From the NCBI GenBank assembly GCA_964371255.1, contig CAYJKV010000001.1:99140-163139 (forward strand): a DNA stretch of 64,000 bases, read 5' to 3'. Origin of the DNA: an uncultured Candidatus Saccharibacteria bacterium (GTDB taxonomy: Bacteria > Patescibacteriota > Andersenbacteria > UBA10190). Position numbers and translations under genes: made by a program. Of the stretch, positions 19,703 to 29,572 are shown in pieces (the stretch's first letter is position 1; every line of letters starts with the position of its first letter). The notes below the pieces were generated by a model. The model saw only the letters and a list, made by a program, of their open reading frames with translations, was not told where the DNA came from and searched no databases.

Positions 19703-21235
19703 ATGAAGGCATGGGCTAAATGTTATAAATGGCGAACCTGGTCAAGTAAAACCTGGTTGATAATAGTGTTATTGACAGCCAGTGTGGCGACCCATTTCTT
19801 GTGGTTTGGTTATCCGGGGCAAGTGGTGTTTGACGAAGTGCACTTTGGTAAGTTTGTGACAGCGTATTGCTGCACACACCAGCGTTTTTTTGATATTCAT
19901 CCGCCCCACGCTAAATTATTAATTGCCGGTACGGCTTACTTGTTTGGTTATCGAGGGGGAGTTAATTTTGACCATATCGGACAGGATTATGGCGATGTAG
20001 CCGCTTGGCCGCTGCGTGTCTTTCCGGCCTTGACTGGTGTGTTATTGCCGTTAGTCATTTATGCCCTGCTGCGACAATTAAAAGCTAAGCCAGCGGCAGC
20101 ATTCTGGGGCGGGATGCTGGTGGTGTTGGATAATGCCCTCACTGTACAGACGAGGATTATTGCTTTGGACGGTTTATTGCTAGTGGCCACATTTGGTGCC
20201 CTGGCAGCGTATTTAGCGGCCAGAAACCAAAAGCAGCCAAGCAGTGGGCTAATTTCGTCGAGTGTTGGAGTGAACACCTGGTGGAATTCATTGACGGGCA
20301 GGACACAGATGAAGAGAGAAGGATGGATGTTTTTGCTAGCAGGCTCATTAGTCGGTTTGGCCGTCGGGACAAAATTTACAGGGCTAACGGCTGGTGGGTT
20401 GATCGTAATATTACTAGTTGTTTGGCTGATCAGAATAAGAACCTACACTGAGATCAGAAGATGGATAACAGCCACCGCTTTGATCGTATTGGGAGCAGTA
20501 GTCGTGTATGGCTTGGGGTGGATGATACATTTTATGGTTTTAACCGAACCGGGTGATGGGGATTTGTGGCGGAAACCACAGTGGGAACAACCAATCATGG
20601 CTAGTTTTTGGCGCGAAACAAAAATGATCCATAAAATAATGTATGATGCCAACAGTGGATTGAAAGCGGAGCACCATGACGCGAGCCGCTGGTGGTCCTG
20701 GCCGCTGGTTCGAACACCAGTTTTTTATTGGCAATTTAGTGAAGGGGGAGAGGCAAACAGATCCGGATCAATTTATTTTTTACCTAATCCGTTTTTATGG
20801 TGGGGGACGTCTGCCTTGTTTGTGGTGGTGATATTAGCGATAGTGATTACGGGAGTGAATAATATTACAAGGTGGGCGAAGCGAAGGAAAGAACTTGGCC
20901 AAATGCGACAGCAATGGCAGCAGTCATTCTTGAAGCAGGCGTGGTTGCCGTTAATGGGATACGCGGCATCGTATATACCATTGATGAAAGTAACCAGGGT
21001 CTTATTTCTTTATCATTACCTGACACCCTGGCTGTTTTCCCTGATCGTGACTGTTTTGTGGCTCGAGAGAGTTGGCTGGATTACACCAAAGGAGGCAATA
21101 GATCAACCAAAGAGGTATTGGTTGGTGCTGGGCATAATACTATGCGCATTTATTTTTTTCAGCCCCTTGACGTACGGTTTTTTACTGGGAGAAGGGGTAC
21201 GGGAAGGACTGTTTTGGTTTAAAACGTGGATGTAA
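19703..21235 (+). CDS. Dolichyl/polyprenol-phosphate-mannose protein O-mannosyltransferase (GT39, PMT family)
   Basis: VVFDEVHFGKF, FFDIHPPHAK, KFTG, SRWWSWPL, NPFLWW, RVLFLYHY. Confidence 0.9.
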   Translation: MKAWAKCYKWRTWSSKTWLIIVLLTASVATHFLWFGYPGQVVFDEVHFGKFVTAYCCTHQRFFDIHPPHAKLLIAGTAYLFGYRGGVNFDHIGQDYGDVAAWPLRVFPALTGVLLPLVIYALLRQLKAKPAAAFWGGMLVVLDNALTVQTRIIALDGLLLVATFGALAAYLAARNQKQPSSGLISSSVGVNTWWNSLTGRTQMKREGWMFLLAGSLVGLAVGTKFTGLTAGGLIVILLVVWLIRIRTYTEIRRWITATALIVLGAVVVYGLGWMIHFMVLTEPGDGDLWRKPQWEQPIMASFWRETKMIHKIMYDANSGLKAEHHDASRWWSWPLVRTPVFYWQFSEGGEANRSGSIYFLPNPFLWWGTSALFVVVILAIVITGVNNITRWAKRRKELGQMRQQWQQSFLKQAWLPLMGYAASYIPLMKVTRVLFLYHYLTPWLFSLIVTVLWLERVGWITPKEAIDQPKRYWLVLGIILCAFIFFSPLTYGFLLGEGVREGLFWFKTWM

Positions 21236-21499
21236 AAGGAAACTTGAAGCACGCAACTGAAGAAGTTCGCCCTCAGGGATCCTGTGGGGAGAAGCAAATT
21301 GGCAATACCCCCTAAGGGGTCCCCTCGGGATAAACGTAACAAATCCGAAACTTGATTTAAGGTGAGGCTTGTTGCAGCGAGTTTCGCCGGAAGGCGACTG
21401 TCCTGCTGGACGGCAAATTCCAAAGGCAAAACTACAAACACTCGTTAGAAATAAGAACAAGATAAAAGTAAATAAGTAGGGATGTGATATTATTATGGC

Positions 21500-22888
21500 A
21501 TGCATGACGGGAGGATAGCCGAGACGAAAAAATCGGGCGGTGTGCTGGTGATGACTTTGGTGTTTGTGACCATGTTTTTAGTAATTTTTATTGGCATTTC
21601 TGGCATGGTGAGCCGGACTTATCATGAAACGGTTCTGCAGGCGCATGACGAGTTGGCTTTCCAGGTAGCAGAGGCCGGTTTGAACTATGCCAGGTGGAGG
21701 TTGGCCCATAATGGGGATGATTTGTCGGCGGCTGAAGGGGTGCTGACAGATCAATTGGCGGGTGATTTGGGGGAGTATGAATTAACGTTTGAACAACCGG
21801 TACCCGGTAGTTCAATTGTCAGAATTACATCGGTGGGAACAACATTAACTCAACCGATGCGACAAGTGAATTTGACGGTGTTGTATGGGAGGCCGTCGTT
21901 GGCCAGGTATGCGTCAATTACGAATAATGATGTGTGGTATGGAGGGACGATTTATGGATCGGTGCATGCGAATGGTGGAATTCGTATGGATGGGCAAGCG
22001 GATAGTTTAATGACTTCCGCTAAGGAAACATATGCTTGCCAACCATATCATGGATGTTCGTCACCTTATCAAACAAAACCGGGAATCTGGGGAACGGGGG
22101 AGATACAAGAATTATGGGAGTGGCCGGTGACCAGCGTGGACTACACCTCAATAACCTTAGATCTATTGGACATGAGGGACGCGGCGGATGAGACGGATAC
22201 ACATTATGGGCCATCAGGCGGTTTCGGATATCAGATAGAATTTGCCGGTGATAATACTTATTCCATTTATAAAGTGACAAGTCGTGGACCGTCTATCTGG
22301 TCATGGACTAGTGACACAGACTGGCAATATACGTCGCATGACGTGGGTAACAAGACTCTGATTGAAACTAAGACAGTGCCGGCGGGCGGGGTTATTTTCT
22401 TAGAGGATAGGACTTGGGTAAAAGGAGATATACGTGATCGAATTACGGTTGCGGCAGGCGTTTATCCAGCTAATCCCTCGACTAATGTTGATATCATACT
22501 GAATGGAAATATCAGTTACGGCAACGTGCATGACGGGACGCGGGTTTTTGCCGCAGTGGCACAAAGACATATTCTGATTCCCTGGTCGGGCGCACCGGAT
22601 AACATGCTTCTGGACGGTGCGTATGTAGCACAAAACGGATCGTTTCACCGACGTTATTATCCCAATTGCTGTGGCGCGTCGGCACATCGTCTGAAAACCA
22701 GTTTGACTAGGTATGGAATGGTAGCCAGTAACGGAGTGCCAGCCACGGCCTGGCTAGATGGTGGAACGGTAGTGAGTGGTTTTAGGTCCGGGCAAGCATC
22801 ATATGATGCCAACTTGCTTTATGGTCCGCCACCTTATTTTCCTGCGAATAGCCAATATGAGCTAATTTCCTGGGAGGAAGATCAATGA
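21500..22888 (+). CDS. PilX-like minor pilin (long form)
   Basis: GG|VLVMTLVFV, AFQVAEAGLNYARWRLAH, GSVHANGGIRMDG, YDANLLYGPPPYFP. Confidence 0.82.
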   Translation: MHDGRIAETKKSGGVLVMTLVFVTMFLVIFIGISGMVSRTYHETVLQAHDELAFQVAEAGLNYARWRLAHNGDDLSAAEGVLTDQLAGDLGEYELTFEQPVPGSSIVRITSVGTTLTQPMRQVNLTVLYGRPSLARYASITNNDVWYGGTIYGSVHANGGIRMDGQADSLMTSAKETYACQPYHGCSSPYQTKPGIWGTGEIQELWEWPVTSVDYTSITLDLLDMRDAADETDTHYGPSGGFGYQIEFAGDNTYSIYKVTSRGPSIWSWTSDTDWQYTSHDVGNKTLIETKTVPAGGVIFLEDRTWVKGDIRDRITVAAGVYPANPSTNVDIILNGNISYGNVHDGTRVFAAVAQRHILIPWSGAPDNMLLDGAYVAQNGSFHRRYYPNCCGASAHRLKTSLTRYGMVASNGVPATAWLDGGTVVSGFRSGQASYDANLLYGPPPYFPANSQYELISWEEDQ

Positions 22889-23070
22889 TGGTAAAGAGGT
22901 GAATCAGTGAATTGAGTAACTATGTTCGGTTGGTTGCTGGCATTGTTGTCGGTGGCTTGAGGCTCAATGCTTGGTATGGGGGGTGGTTCAGAAAAAGGGA
23001 CGAACGAGGTATAGTGATAAGGAAGTTTAATTATTTAGCTTTATATCTGCAGGAATGAAGGGATCGATTT

Positions 23071-24099
23071 ATGATAGGGATTGATATATCAGATCGTTCA
23101 ATTAAGATGGTACAGAAATCGAATGTGGGTGGAGACCCCGTGCAGTCTTTTTGTTGGCATGTGATCGAGGAAGGAGTAATTGAGCGGGGCATAATTATGG
23201 AACCCAAAAAACTAAGTCAGGCCTTAGTGCAGACGTTTAAACGGTGTCATTTAGCGGTGGATACAGATGATGCGGTGGTGGCATCGATTCCGGAAACACA
23301 GTCCTTCCTGCGGGTGATTGAGATGCCTGATATGACAGACGAAGAGACGGATGAAGGAGTACGATGGGAAGTAGCCCAACATATCCCATTTGGATTGGAA
23401 AATGTTTACATCGACTGGCAACCGATACCGTGTGGTCATCAGTCGGCTAAAGGAATTCGTGAAGTATTGGTTGGAGCGGCCCAGAAAAAAGTGGTTGATC
23501 CACTGTTGGTCGTATTGAAGGAGTTGGATTTAGATGTGGCGGCCTTGGAACTGGAAAGCCAGGCCATTGTGCGGGCGTTAATTTCACCGGAGCTGCAGAC
23601 CAAGCAAGGTATTCTTGTGGTAGATTTAGGCGGCAGTGCAACAAACGTTATTATCCATGACCATGGCGCTATGAGGTTTACGGCTAGTTTGCAGCACGGA
23701 GTCAGAAGGATAGCGGAAGCATTGCCAGCTAAGGACAAGGAGGGTCTGATAGTGCCCACCAATGAGGATTTTGAGCCAGAATTAGCTCGTCGTGTAGCGG
23801 AGGCCATGCGACCGGCACAAGAAGAGTTAGTGATGGAAATTAAGGGGATTGTTGAATTTTATAATGGTATTGATGCAAAACATGAGGTGACCGAAATCCT
23901 GCTGACAGGCGGTGGTTCCAATTATCCAGGACTAGACCGAGTCGTTGCTAAGTATTTTGATGATGTTCATGTGCAGCGGGGGAATCCGTGGGCCAATATT
24001 TTACCTCACAGCCAAATGAGCAAGGTGCCAATGTCACTGAAGGAGTCGGTGCATTTTTCCACCGCGATCGGTTTAGCGTTAAGAAAAATTGAAGCATGA
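23071..24099 (+). CDS. pilM: Type IV pilus assembly protein PilM (copy 1)
   Basis: IGIDISDRSIK, VVDLGGSAT, LLTGGGS and STAIGLALR actin-like motifs. Confidence 0.9.
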   Translation: MIGIDISDRSIKMVQKSNVGGDPVQSFCWHVIEEGVIERGIIMEPKKLSQALVQTFKRCHLAVDTDDAVVASIPETQSFLRVIEMPDMTDEETDEGVRWEVAQHIPFGLENVYIDWQPIPCGHQSAKGIREVLVGAAQKKVVDPLLVVLKELDLDVAALELESQAIVRALISPELQTKQGILVVDLGGSATNVIIHDHGAMRFTASLQHGVRRIAEALPAKDKEGLIVPTNEDFEPELARRVAEAMRPAQEELVMEIKGIVEFYNGIDAKHEVTEILLTGGGSNYPGLDRVVAKYFDDVHVQRGNPWANILPHSQMSKVPMSLKESVHFSTAIGLALRKIEA

Positions 24100-24629
24100 A
24101 GGACGATATAAATCTCTTACCTAAGCCATTGGTAATAGGTCGAGAAAGACGGGCGTATTTGTTTGGTTTTGGCCGCTTACTGCAGCGGATTGCTTTGCTA
24201 TTAGTTGCTATAATTGTCGGGGAAGTAGTCGTGTATGGCGCTCACTATTATATAGATCAGACTATGGATCAGAGTGGGAAGGCCGATGAGCAAAGCCTGA
24301 GTACGACAGAACAAGCACAAAATGTGAATATGTTGCTGTCTTTGGTAGATAACACGCGCAAGCAATTTGTCAGCTGGTCTTTATTCAGTGAGGAAGTGCT
24401 TAATAGTGCGCCAAGAGAAATTACTATTAGCAAGTTGGAAGTGAAGGAGAAGCTAGGAGCATTAGAGGTGGTGGGTTATTCCAGTCGAAGAGCGTCGGTA
24501 TTGGAATACAAAAATATTTTAGCAGGGTTGAGTTGGGTGAAACGGGTGGATGCACCGCTACAAAACTATGCGATAGGGCCAGACGCCGGTTTTTCTTTCA
24601 GCCTAATTGTTGATAAGGGAGTACAATGA
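24096..24629 (+). CDS. pilN: PilN-like protein (copy 1)
   Basis: INLLP motif, one transmembrane helix, ATGA overlap with pilM. Confidence 0.75.
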   Translation: MKDDINLLPKPLVIGRERRAYLFGFGRLLQRIALLLVAIIVGEVVVYGAHYYIDQTMDQSGKADEQSLSTTEQAQNVNMLLSLVDNTRKQFVSWSLFSEEVLNSAPREITISKLEVKEKLGALEVVGYSSRRASVLEYKNILAGLSWVKRVDAPLQNYAIGPDAGFSFSLIVDKGVQ

Positions 24630-25270
24630 AATCTTTACGCTTGAAAAAATTAATAATTACGAGGTTAATAGGATTGATTGTTGTCGTGTCGTTGGTAGGT
24701 TTAGTAATTGTCGCTGGACGCTTCGTGCAAGGGATAAGAATTCAACTAGCGGAAAGACAGTTAGTCTTGGAGGAGAGTTTAAATAATGCAGTGCATCGGG
24801 CAGCGGTAGCAGATAAACTGGTCCAATACGAACCAGAGATAAAGAGGGTGACTGATACTGTTCCGTGGCGTGATGGGATAGGGCAAGTGATTGAGATGGT
24901 GGAGTTGGAAGCAAAAAAGTGGGGAGTGGCTGTACTGGTACCGAAAATTAACGAGGAACCAAAATTTGATGAGAGTGGTGTCCCTGTTCCACAAACCGGG
25001 CCGACAAGGTTGATCCGCTTAAAAGTAGAGGCAACGGGTAACCCCTTGGCACTAATGAATTTTTTGCATAGTTTGGAAAATTTGCCCTATTTAATCAATC
25101 CCCTGTCATTTGTTTTAGATAATGAAGATGAGAGTGTAAACACAGTTGGTCCAGCAGCTTTGGCACCGGCTTTGTCGGGTTCCAAGGAAGAAAGAGAACA
25201 AAAAACAGTGCAGCAGTCTTCCTTAAAAGCGGATTTTCTTCTCACCGTGCGGGTAGAAGAACTTAAATAA
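24626..25270 (+). CDS. pilO: PilO-like protein (copy 1)
   Basis: N-terminal transmembrane helix, coiled coil, LMNFLHSLENLPYL; position after pilN. Confidence 0.7.
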   Translation: MKSLRLKKLIITRLIGLIVVVSLVGLVIVAGRFVQGIRIQLAERQLVLEESLNNAVHRAAVADKLVQYEPEIKRVTDTVPWRDGIGQVIEMVELEAKKWGVAVLVPKINEEPKFDESGVPVPQTGPTRLIRLKVEATGNPLALMNFLHSLENLPYLINPLSFVLDNEDESVNTVGPAALAPALSGSKEEREQKTVQQSSLKADFLLTVRVEELK

Positions 25271-25274
25271 TATT

Positions 25275-25625
25275 ATGAAAATTGATTGGCAAAGCATCAG
25301 TAATTTAGCGGACAAGAAAAGCTGGTATCAGATCAGCAGTCGCTTGCGGGTATTAGTGCATCAGGCACCGCGCATCTTGTTCATAAGACATAGTCATATT
25401 ATTGACATTATCGCGGTGGGTATGGGGCTGCTGTTGGCCTCCTATTTAGTCTTTCTATTGGTATTTAAACCACCAACCGACATTAACATGAATAATGCAC
25501 AAAAGTGGGATTTGCAGATAGACACCCTTAAAGATTTGAGTAATTGGGTAATTGAGCGTCAAAAGGAAAAAGAAAGAGTACTGGAATTTAACCGCAGCGA
25601 AATATTTAAAATGCCGATTAATTAA
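25275..25625 (+). CDS. Single-pass membrane protein following pilMNO (copy 1)
   Basis: One transmembrane helix; same position as 27921..28256 in the second module. Confidence 0.6.
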   Translation: MKIDWQSISNLADKKSWYQISSRLRVLVHQAPRILFIRHSHIIDIIAVGMGLLLASYLVFLLVFKPPTDINMNNAQKWDLQIDTLKDLSNWVIERQKEKERVLEFNRSEIFKMPIN

Positions 25626-25631
25626 AGACGT

Positions 25632-26684
25632 ATGATCGGGATAGATTTATCAGATCGTTCAATAAAAATTGTTGAAACCAGAGGGGACGAGAACCCTGTG
25701 CTACGGACTTTGTGTTGGTCACCTTTGGCACCAAATCTGCTAAGACGAGGTGTGGTGCAGGATGTGGCATTGGTCTCAGAGGCCTTGAAAGTAGCGATGA
25801 CGAAATGTTCACCCATTCCCGTCGAAGGCGGTGACGTAGTGGCTTCGATACCGGAGGTGCAATCTTTTGTCCGTGTCTTGGAAGTGCCAGCGATGTCCGA
25901 GAGGGAAATGGATGAAGCGGTACAATGGGCAGTGCGGCGACACATTCCGTTTGATTTGGACCGGGTTTATATTGATTGGGAGGAACTGGACCTGGCGTCT
26001 GATATGCCGCAGCACAAACAAGTGTTAGTCGGGGCGGCCCAACGCGATGTGGTGGATCCGCTGCTGACAGTTTTGGATAGTTTGGGTTTTAACGTGGTGG
26101 CTTTAGAACTTGAGGCACAAGCCGTGATGCGGTGTCTATTGCCACGAGATATTACCGAGACAAGGGATATTCGAGGTGTTCTAGTGGTTGATTTGGGGGC
26201 CACGTCGACGAATGTTATTTTATTTGATCAGGGAGCAATGCGTTTCACAGCTAGTGTGCAAGTGGGTGGCGATGATTTGACACAGCAATTAGCGCACGCG
26301 CTAAATTTAAAGCCGGCCCAGGCGATGGAAATCAAAGCAAAAGTTGGCGCTGGCTTCATTAAGGATGAACCGGCAGCAGCGCAAGCTTTACAGAGCGCAA
26401 CCTTGAATTTAGCCCGCATGGTAGAAAGAGCCGTACAGGAGATGACAGTACAGTTGCCGCGTGAACAGAGAATGAGAACAATATTGCTGACAGGCGGGAA
26501 TGCAAATTTGGTTGGTATTCGGGAGCTGTTTGGCAGTGTTTTCACTGGTATTCCTGTGCAATATGGCAATCCTTGGACGAATTTGCAACAAGAAAAGAGG
26601 CGAATTGGTCTTAATCTGACGGTCGGAGATGCCATGCATTTTACGACTGCGATCGGGTTGGCACTACGCGAGGTTGATTATTAA
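25632..26684 (+). CDS. pilM: Type IV pilus assembly protein PilM (copy 2)
   Basis: IGIDLSDRSIK, VVASIPEVQSFVRV, VVDLGATST, LLTGGNA, TTAIGLALR; clear paralog of 23071..24099. Confidence 0.9.
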   Translation: MIGIDLSDRSIKIVETRGDENPVLRTLCWSPLAPNLLRRGVVQDVALVSEALKVAMTKCSPIPVEGGDVVASIPEVQSFVRVLEVPAMSEREMDEAVQWAVRRHIPFDLDRVYIDWEELDLASDMPQHKQVLVGAAQRDVVDPLLTVLDSLGFNVVALELEAQAVMRCLLPRDITETRDIRGVLVVDLGATSTNVILFDQGAMRFTASVQVGGDDLTQQLAHALNLKPAQAMEIKAKVGAGFIKDEPAAAQALQSATLNLARMVERAVQEMTVQLPREQRMRTILLTGGNANLVGIRELFGSVFTGIPVQYGNPWTNLQQEKRRIGLNLTVGDAMHFTTAIGLALREVDY

Positions 26685-26699
26685 TATAACCAGCAAAAC

Positions 26700-27278
26700 A
26701 TGGCTCGTCATTTAAACTTGCTACCTGTCGAACGTCGAGAGCATTTAAGACGCGGTGCTTTGTTAGTGTCAAGTGTGCGGATTGTGAAAACGTTGCTGAT
26801 GGGGCTGGGAGTGATGTCAGGTGGGGCAGTGCTCATTGGATTAAGTTTGTGGGGTTTGACTTTTACTTATGCAAGTTCCGGAAGTTCAGAGCTAGAACAA
26901 CAAGTGGGGGCATACGTACAGTTAAAGGACATTATTGCTCGGCAAAATCAGGTGCTGAACCAAGTTAATCGTCTAGGTTCAGAGAGGTTAGTGTGGTCGG
27001 ATTATCTCGGGGGATTTCTATCGGAAGTTCCGCCCGGCACGACAATTAATATTTTAACAGCTGATACAACTAGCGGGATGGTGACTTTTTCTGGTGAAGC
27101 GCTCACAAGAAATTCCTTGGTGGTCTTTGAAGAAAGGCTAAGCCAATTAGAATGGGTGGCGTCTGTGGCAGCGCCGCGACAGAATTTATTACAAAGAAGT
27201 AATCCTGAGTATAGTTTCGAGTTGAAGCTCAAACCGATGGGTGGGGTAAGTTTTAATGATGATGCGATGGCTTTATGA
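26700..27278 (+). CDS. pilN: PilN-like protein (copy 2)
   Basis: LNLLP motif, transmembrane helix, PPGTTI..L...VTFSGEA. Confidence 0.78.
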   Translation: MARHLNLLPVERREHLRRGALLVSSVRIVKTLLMGLGVMSGGAVLIGLSLWGLTFTYASSGSSELEQQVGAYVQLKDIIARQNQVLNQVNRLGSERLVWSDYLGGFLSEVPPGTTINILTADTTSGMVTFSGEALTRNSLVVFEERLSQLEWVASVAAPRQNLLQRSNPEYSFELKLKPMGGVSFNDDAMAL

Positions 27279-27937
27279 GTAATAGTTTCACTAACCAAGG
27301 GACAAGCGCCGCTAAGGTATTAGTGGTCTTGAGTGTGGCGGTATTGCTACTAGCCGGCTTACAGCCATTTTTGTGGAGCTGGGTTAAAAATCGGTCAATA
27401 GCTTTACATGAATTGAGGATTCAAGCGGAACAAATAGAAGAAGTGAAAAAAAGAACAAAAGAAATGGAAGATAATTATAACAACCAAAAGATATTTGTGG
27501 CTCAACTTGATTCTGTCGTACCGCAGAGTCGCAACGCACTGCAGGTGATTGAGCGGTTGGAAACGGCAACTCAAGGATTAAATGTTAAGTTAGAGGTGTC
27601 GCGGATTGATGAAGGGGCGGAGCTGAAACTGGGGGAAGGAGCCGGGCCGGAAGAATCTGGTTTGGTCGAACCGGTGCCGGATCTTGCCAGAGATAATAGC
27701 AAACCGGGTAACTCGGTATTTCCATTATTTATTACGGTTACAGTAACCGGTAAGCCAGAAGCGTTAGTAGAATATATTGACGTGGTTGAACATGTCCAAG
27801 AATTATCTTATATACAAAAATTTACGATATCACCGGCAGTATCTGCACAAAACCTGACAGTTGAAGACAGCGAATTTCAGCTGTTAATGACGGTGGTATT
27901 TTATTTACAAGGACAACCTGATGGATCAATCGAATGA
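27275..27937 (+). CDS. pilO: PilO-like protein (copy 2)
   Basis: Transmembrane helix, coiled coil, TVTGKPEALVEYIDVVE; ATGA overlap with pilN. Confidence 0.68.
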   Translation: MSNSFTNQGTSAAKVLVVLSVAVLLLAGLQPFLWSWVKNRSIALHELRIQAEQIEEVKKRTKEMEDNYNNQKIFVAQLDSVVPQSRNALQVIERLETATQGLNVKLEVSRIDEGAELKLGEGAGPEESGLVEPVPDLARDNSKPGNSVFPLFITVTVTGKPEALVEYIDVVEHVQELSYIQKFTISPAVSAQNLTVEDSEFQLLMTVVFYLQGQPDGSIE

Positions 27938-28256
27938 CAAACTATTAAATCGCTCTTGGCAAGAGTGGGTAAGAATCGGCGGCAATTACCTGGTAGTAAT
28001 TATTACTCATTCATGGGTGAGGGTTACTATAATGTTATTATTGATGCTCGCTCTGGCCTGGTTATCGTTCACCAGGGGATACATTCCGTTAACAGAGGAT
28101 GTGGAGTTGCCAGTCAGTGTACTGGAAAATAATCCTAGTCTAGATATCAGAACATTACAAACGATCAATACCGATCGGGCAGAACGGGTAAGACGAGAGA
28201 GGCTGGATTACTCTAGTTATGCCAGGGTGTTAGTGGCGCCTGAGAAAAATAATTAA
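27921..28256 (+). CDS. Single-pass membrane protein following pilMNO (copy 2)
   Basis: One transmembrane helix; LDIRTLQ resembles LQIDTLK in 25275..25625. Confidence 0.6.
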   Translation: MDQSNDKLLNRSWQEWVRIGGNYLVVIITHSWVRVTIMLLLMLALAWLSFTRGYIPLTEDVELPVSVLENNPSLDIRTLQTINTDRAERVRRERLDYSSYARVLVAPEKNN

Positions 28257-28294
28257 GGGCGAAGGCGAGCGGCGTTTTGTTTGAGCTTGGAACA

Positions 28295-28714
28295 ATGGAT
28301 TCAAGAGATACAGTATTGGCCTTTGGCACTTTTGATCCTCTTCATCCGGGGCACGAATATTTTTTACGACAGGCAAAAAAATTCGGCGATAAACTCTTGG
28401 TGGTAGTGGCCCGAGACAGTTATATCAGAGCAGTAAAAAAGAGGGAGCCCCGCAAGATTGAGCTAGTAAGGCAAGGTGATCTGCAAAAACTAGGAATTGT
28501 TGATAAAGTGATCTTGGGGAAGGAATGGCCGGCCCAGGATCAATATGGATTATTGCGAGAATTGTCTTATAACGTGTTGGCGCTGGGTTATGACCAACGA
28601 CCTGATGATGAAACGGTAAGAAAAGAACTAGACCAGATTGGCCGCGGGGATGTTAAGGTGGTGAGACTCAAGGCGTATCGTCCTAAAATATATAAATCTT
28701 CTCTGATAAAATAA
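28295..28714 (+). CDS. Cytidyltransferase-like protein (archaeal RibL / FAD synthase-like)
   Basis: FGTFDPLHPGH HxGH motif, VVVARD, LALGYDQ, YKSSLIK. Start at ATG 28295. Confidence 0.8.
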   Translation: MDSRDTVLAFGTFDPLHPGHEYFLRQAKKFGDKLLVVVARDSYIRAVKKREPRKIELVRQGDLQKLGIVDKVILGKEWPAQDQYGLLRELSYNVLALGYDQRPDDETVRKELDQIGRGDVKVVRLKAYRPKIYKSSLIK

Positions 28715-28726
28715 GGAGAGCAGGAA

Positions 28727-29572
28727 CTAAGAACGCCATTGTTTGAGGACTTGGTCGTATACTTCTGGTGTAGACACATCAAACCACTGATCTTCGAATG
28801 GATAGCCAAACAAGCGGCCAGTGTTGGTTAGTTTAGGAAAGACATCTTTTTCTAACGACAGCGGGCGGGGTTGTTTTTTGATAAAGTCGAAGACGGAGTA
28901 ATCGAAGGCGGCGCATCCGGCGAAAACCAAACGTGAGGTATCGTCGGCGATGACAGGCTTCTCAGAGAATTCCACAATTCGGGAACCGCGTAATTTAACC
29001 GCACCAAAGGCTGATGGATCTACCACCGAAGTTAGGGCCAACGTGCCAACTGCCGCCTTATTAGCCAAATGGAACTGAAGGAACTCAGTCAGATCCAAAT
29101 TAAGCAACACGTCGCTGTAGAGCAAGAGGAAAGGGCTTGGTTCTAAGTGCGGTTGGGCAGCGAGCAGGGCACCGCCTGTCCCGGTTGGTTTGCGCTCTTT
29201 TACGTACGTAATATTGACGCCTAGCCTGGAACCGTCACCGAAATGATGCTCAATTTTATGGGCTAAGTGGCTGACTGTAATCAAGATGTTTTTAATACCA
29301 TGATTGCGCAGTAACGTAATGCCATATTCCAGCAGCGGTTTGCCGTTGACGGGGATTAAGGGTTTGGGAATTTCGTAGGTGAAAGGACGCATTTTGACAC
29401 CCTGGCCACTGGCTAAGATGACAGCCTGATGCGTGTCGATATGCAGGGCACGGCCTAGGACCACTTCGAGGGCGTGGGAACGGTTGCGGATGCGCTGATG
29501 ATCAATGGTGCGATCGAGCGAGTGCAGCAAGTCTTCCCGGATGGTGATGGTAATACGTTCGCGTTTGGGCAT
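28727..29572 (-). CDS. Ribbon-helix-helix domain fused to a sugar-phosphate nucleotidyltransferase domain
   Basis: N-terminal RERITITIREDLLHSLD...NRSHALE (NikR/CopG-like), then AVILASGQGVKMRPFTYEIPKPLIPV, GTGGAL, FSEKP. Confidence 0.82.
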   Translation of the reverse strand: MPKRERITITIREDLLHSLDRTIDHQRIRNRSHALEVVLGRALHIDTHQAVILASGQGVKMRPFTYEIPKPLIPVNGKPLLEYGITLLRNHGIKNILITVSHLAHKIEHHFGDGSRLGVNITYVKERKPTGTGGALLAAQPHLEPSPFLLLYSDVLLNLDLTEFLQFHLANKAAVGTLALTSVVDPSAFGAVKLRGSRIVEFSEKPVIADDTSRLVFAGCAAFDYSVFDFIKKQPRPLSLEKDVFPKLTNTGRLFGYPFEDQWFDVSTPEVYDQVLKQWRS

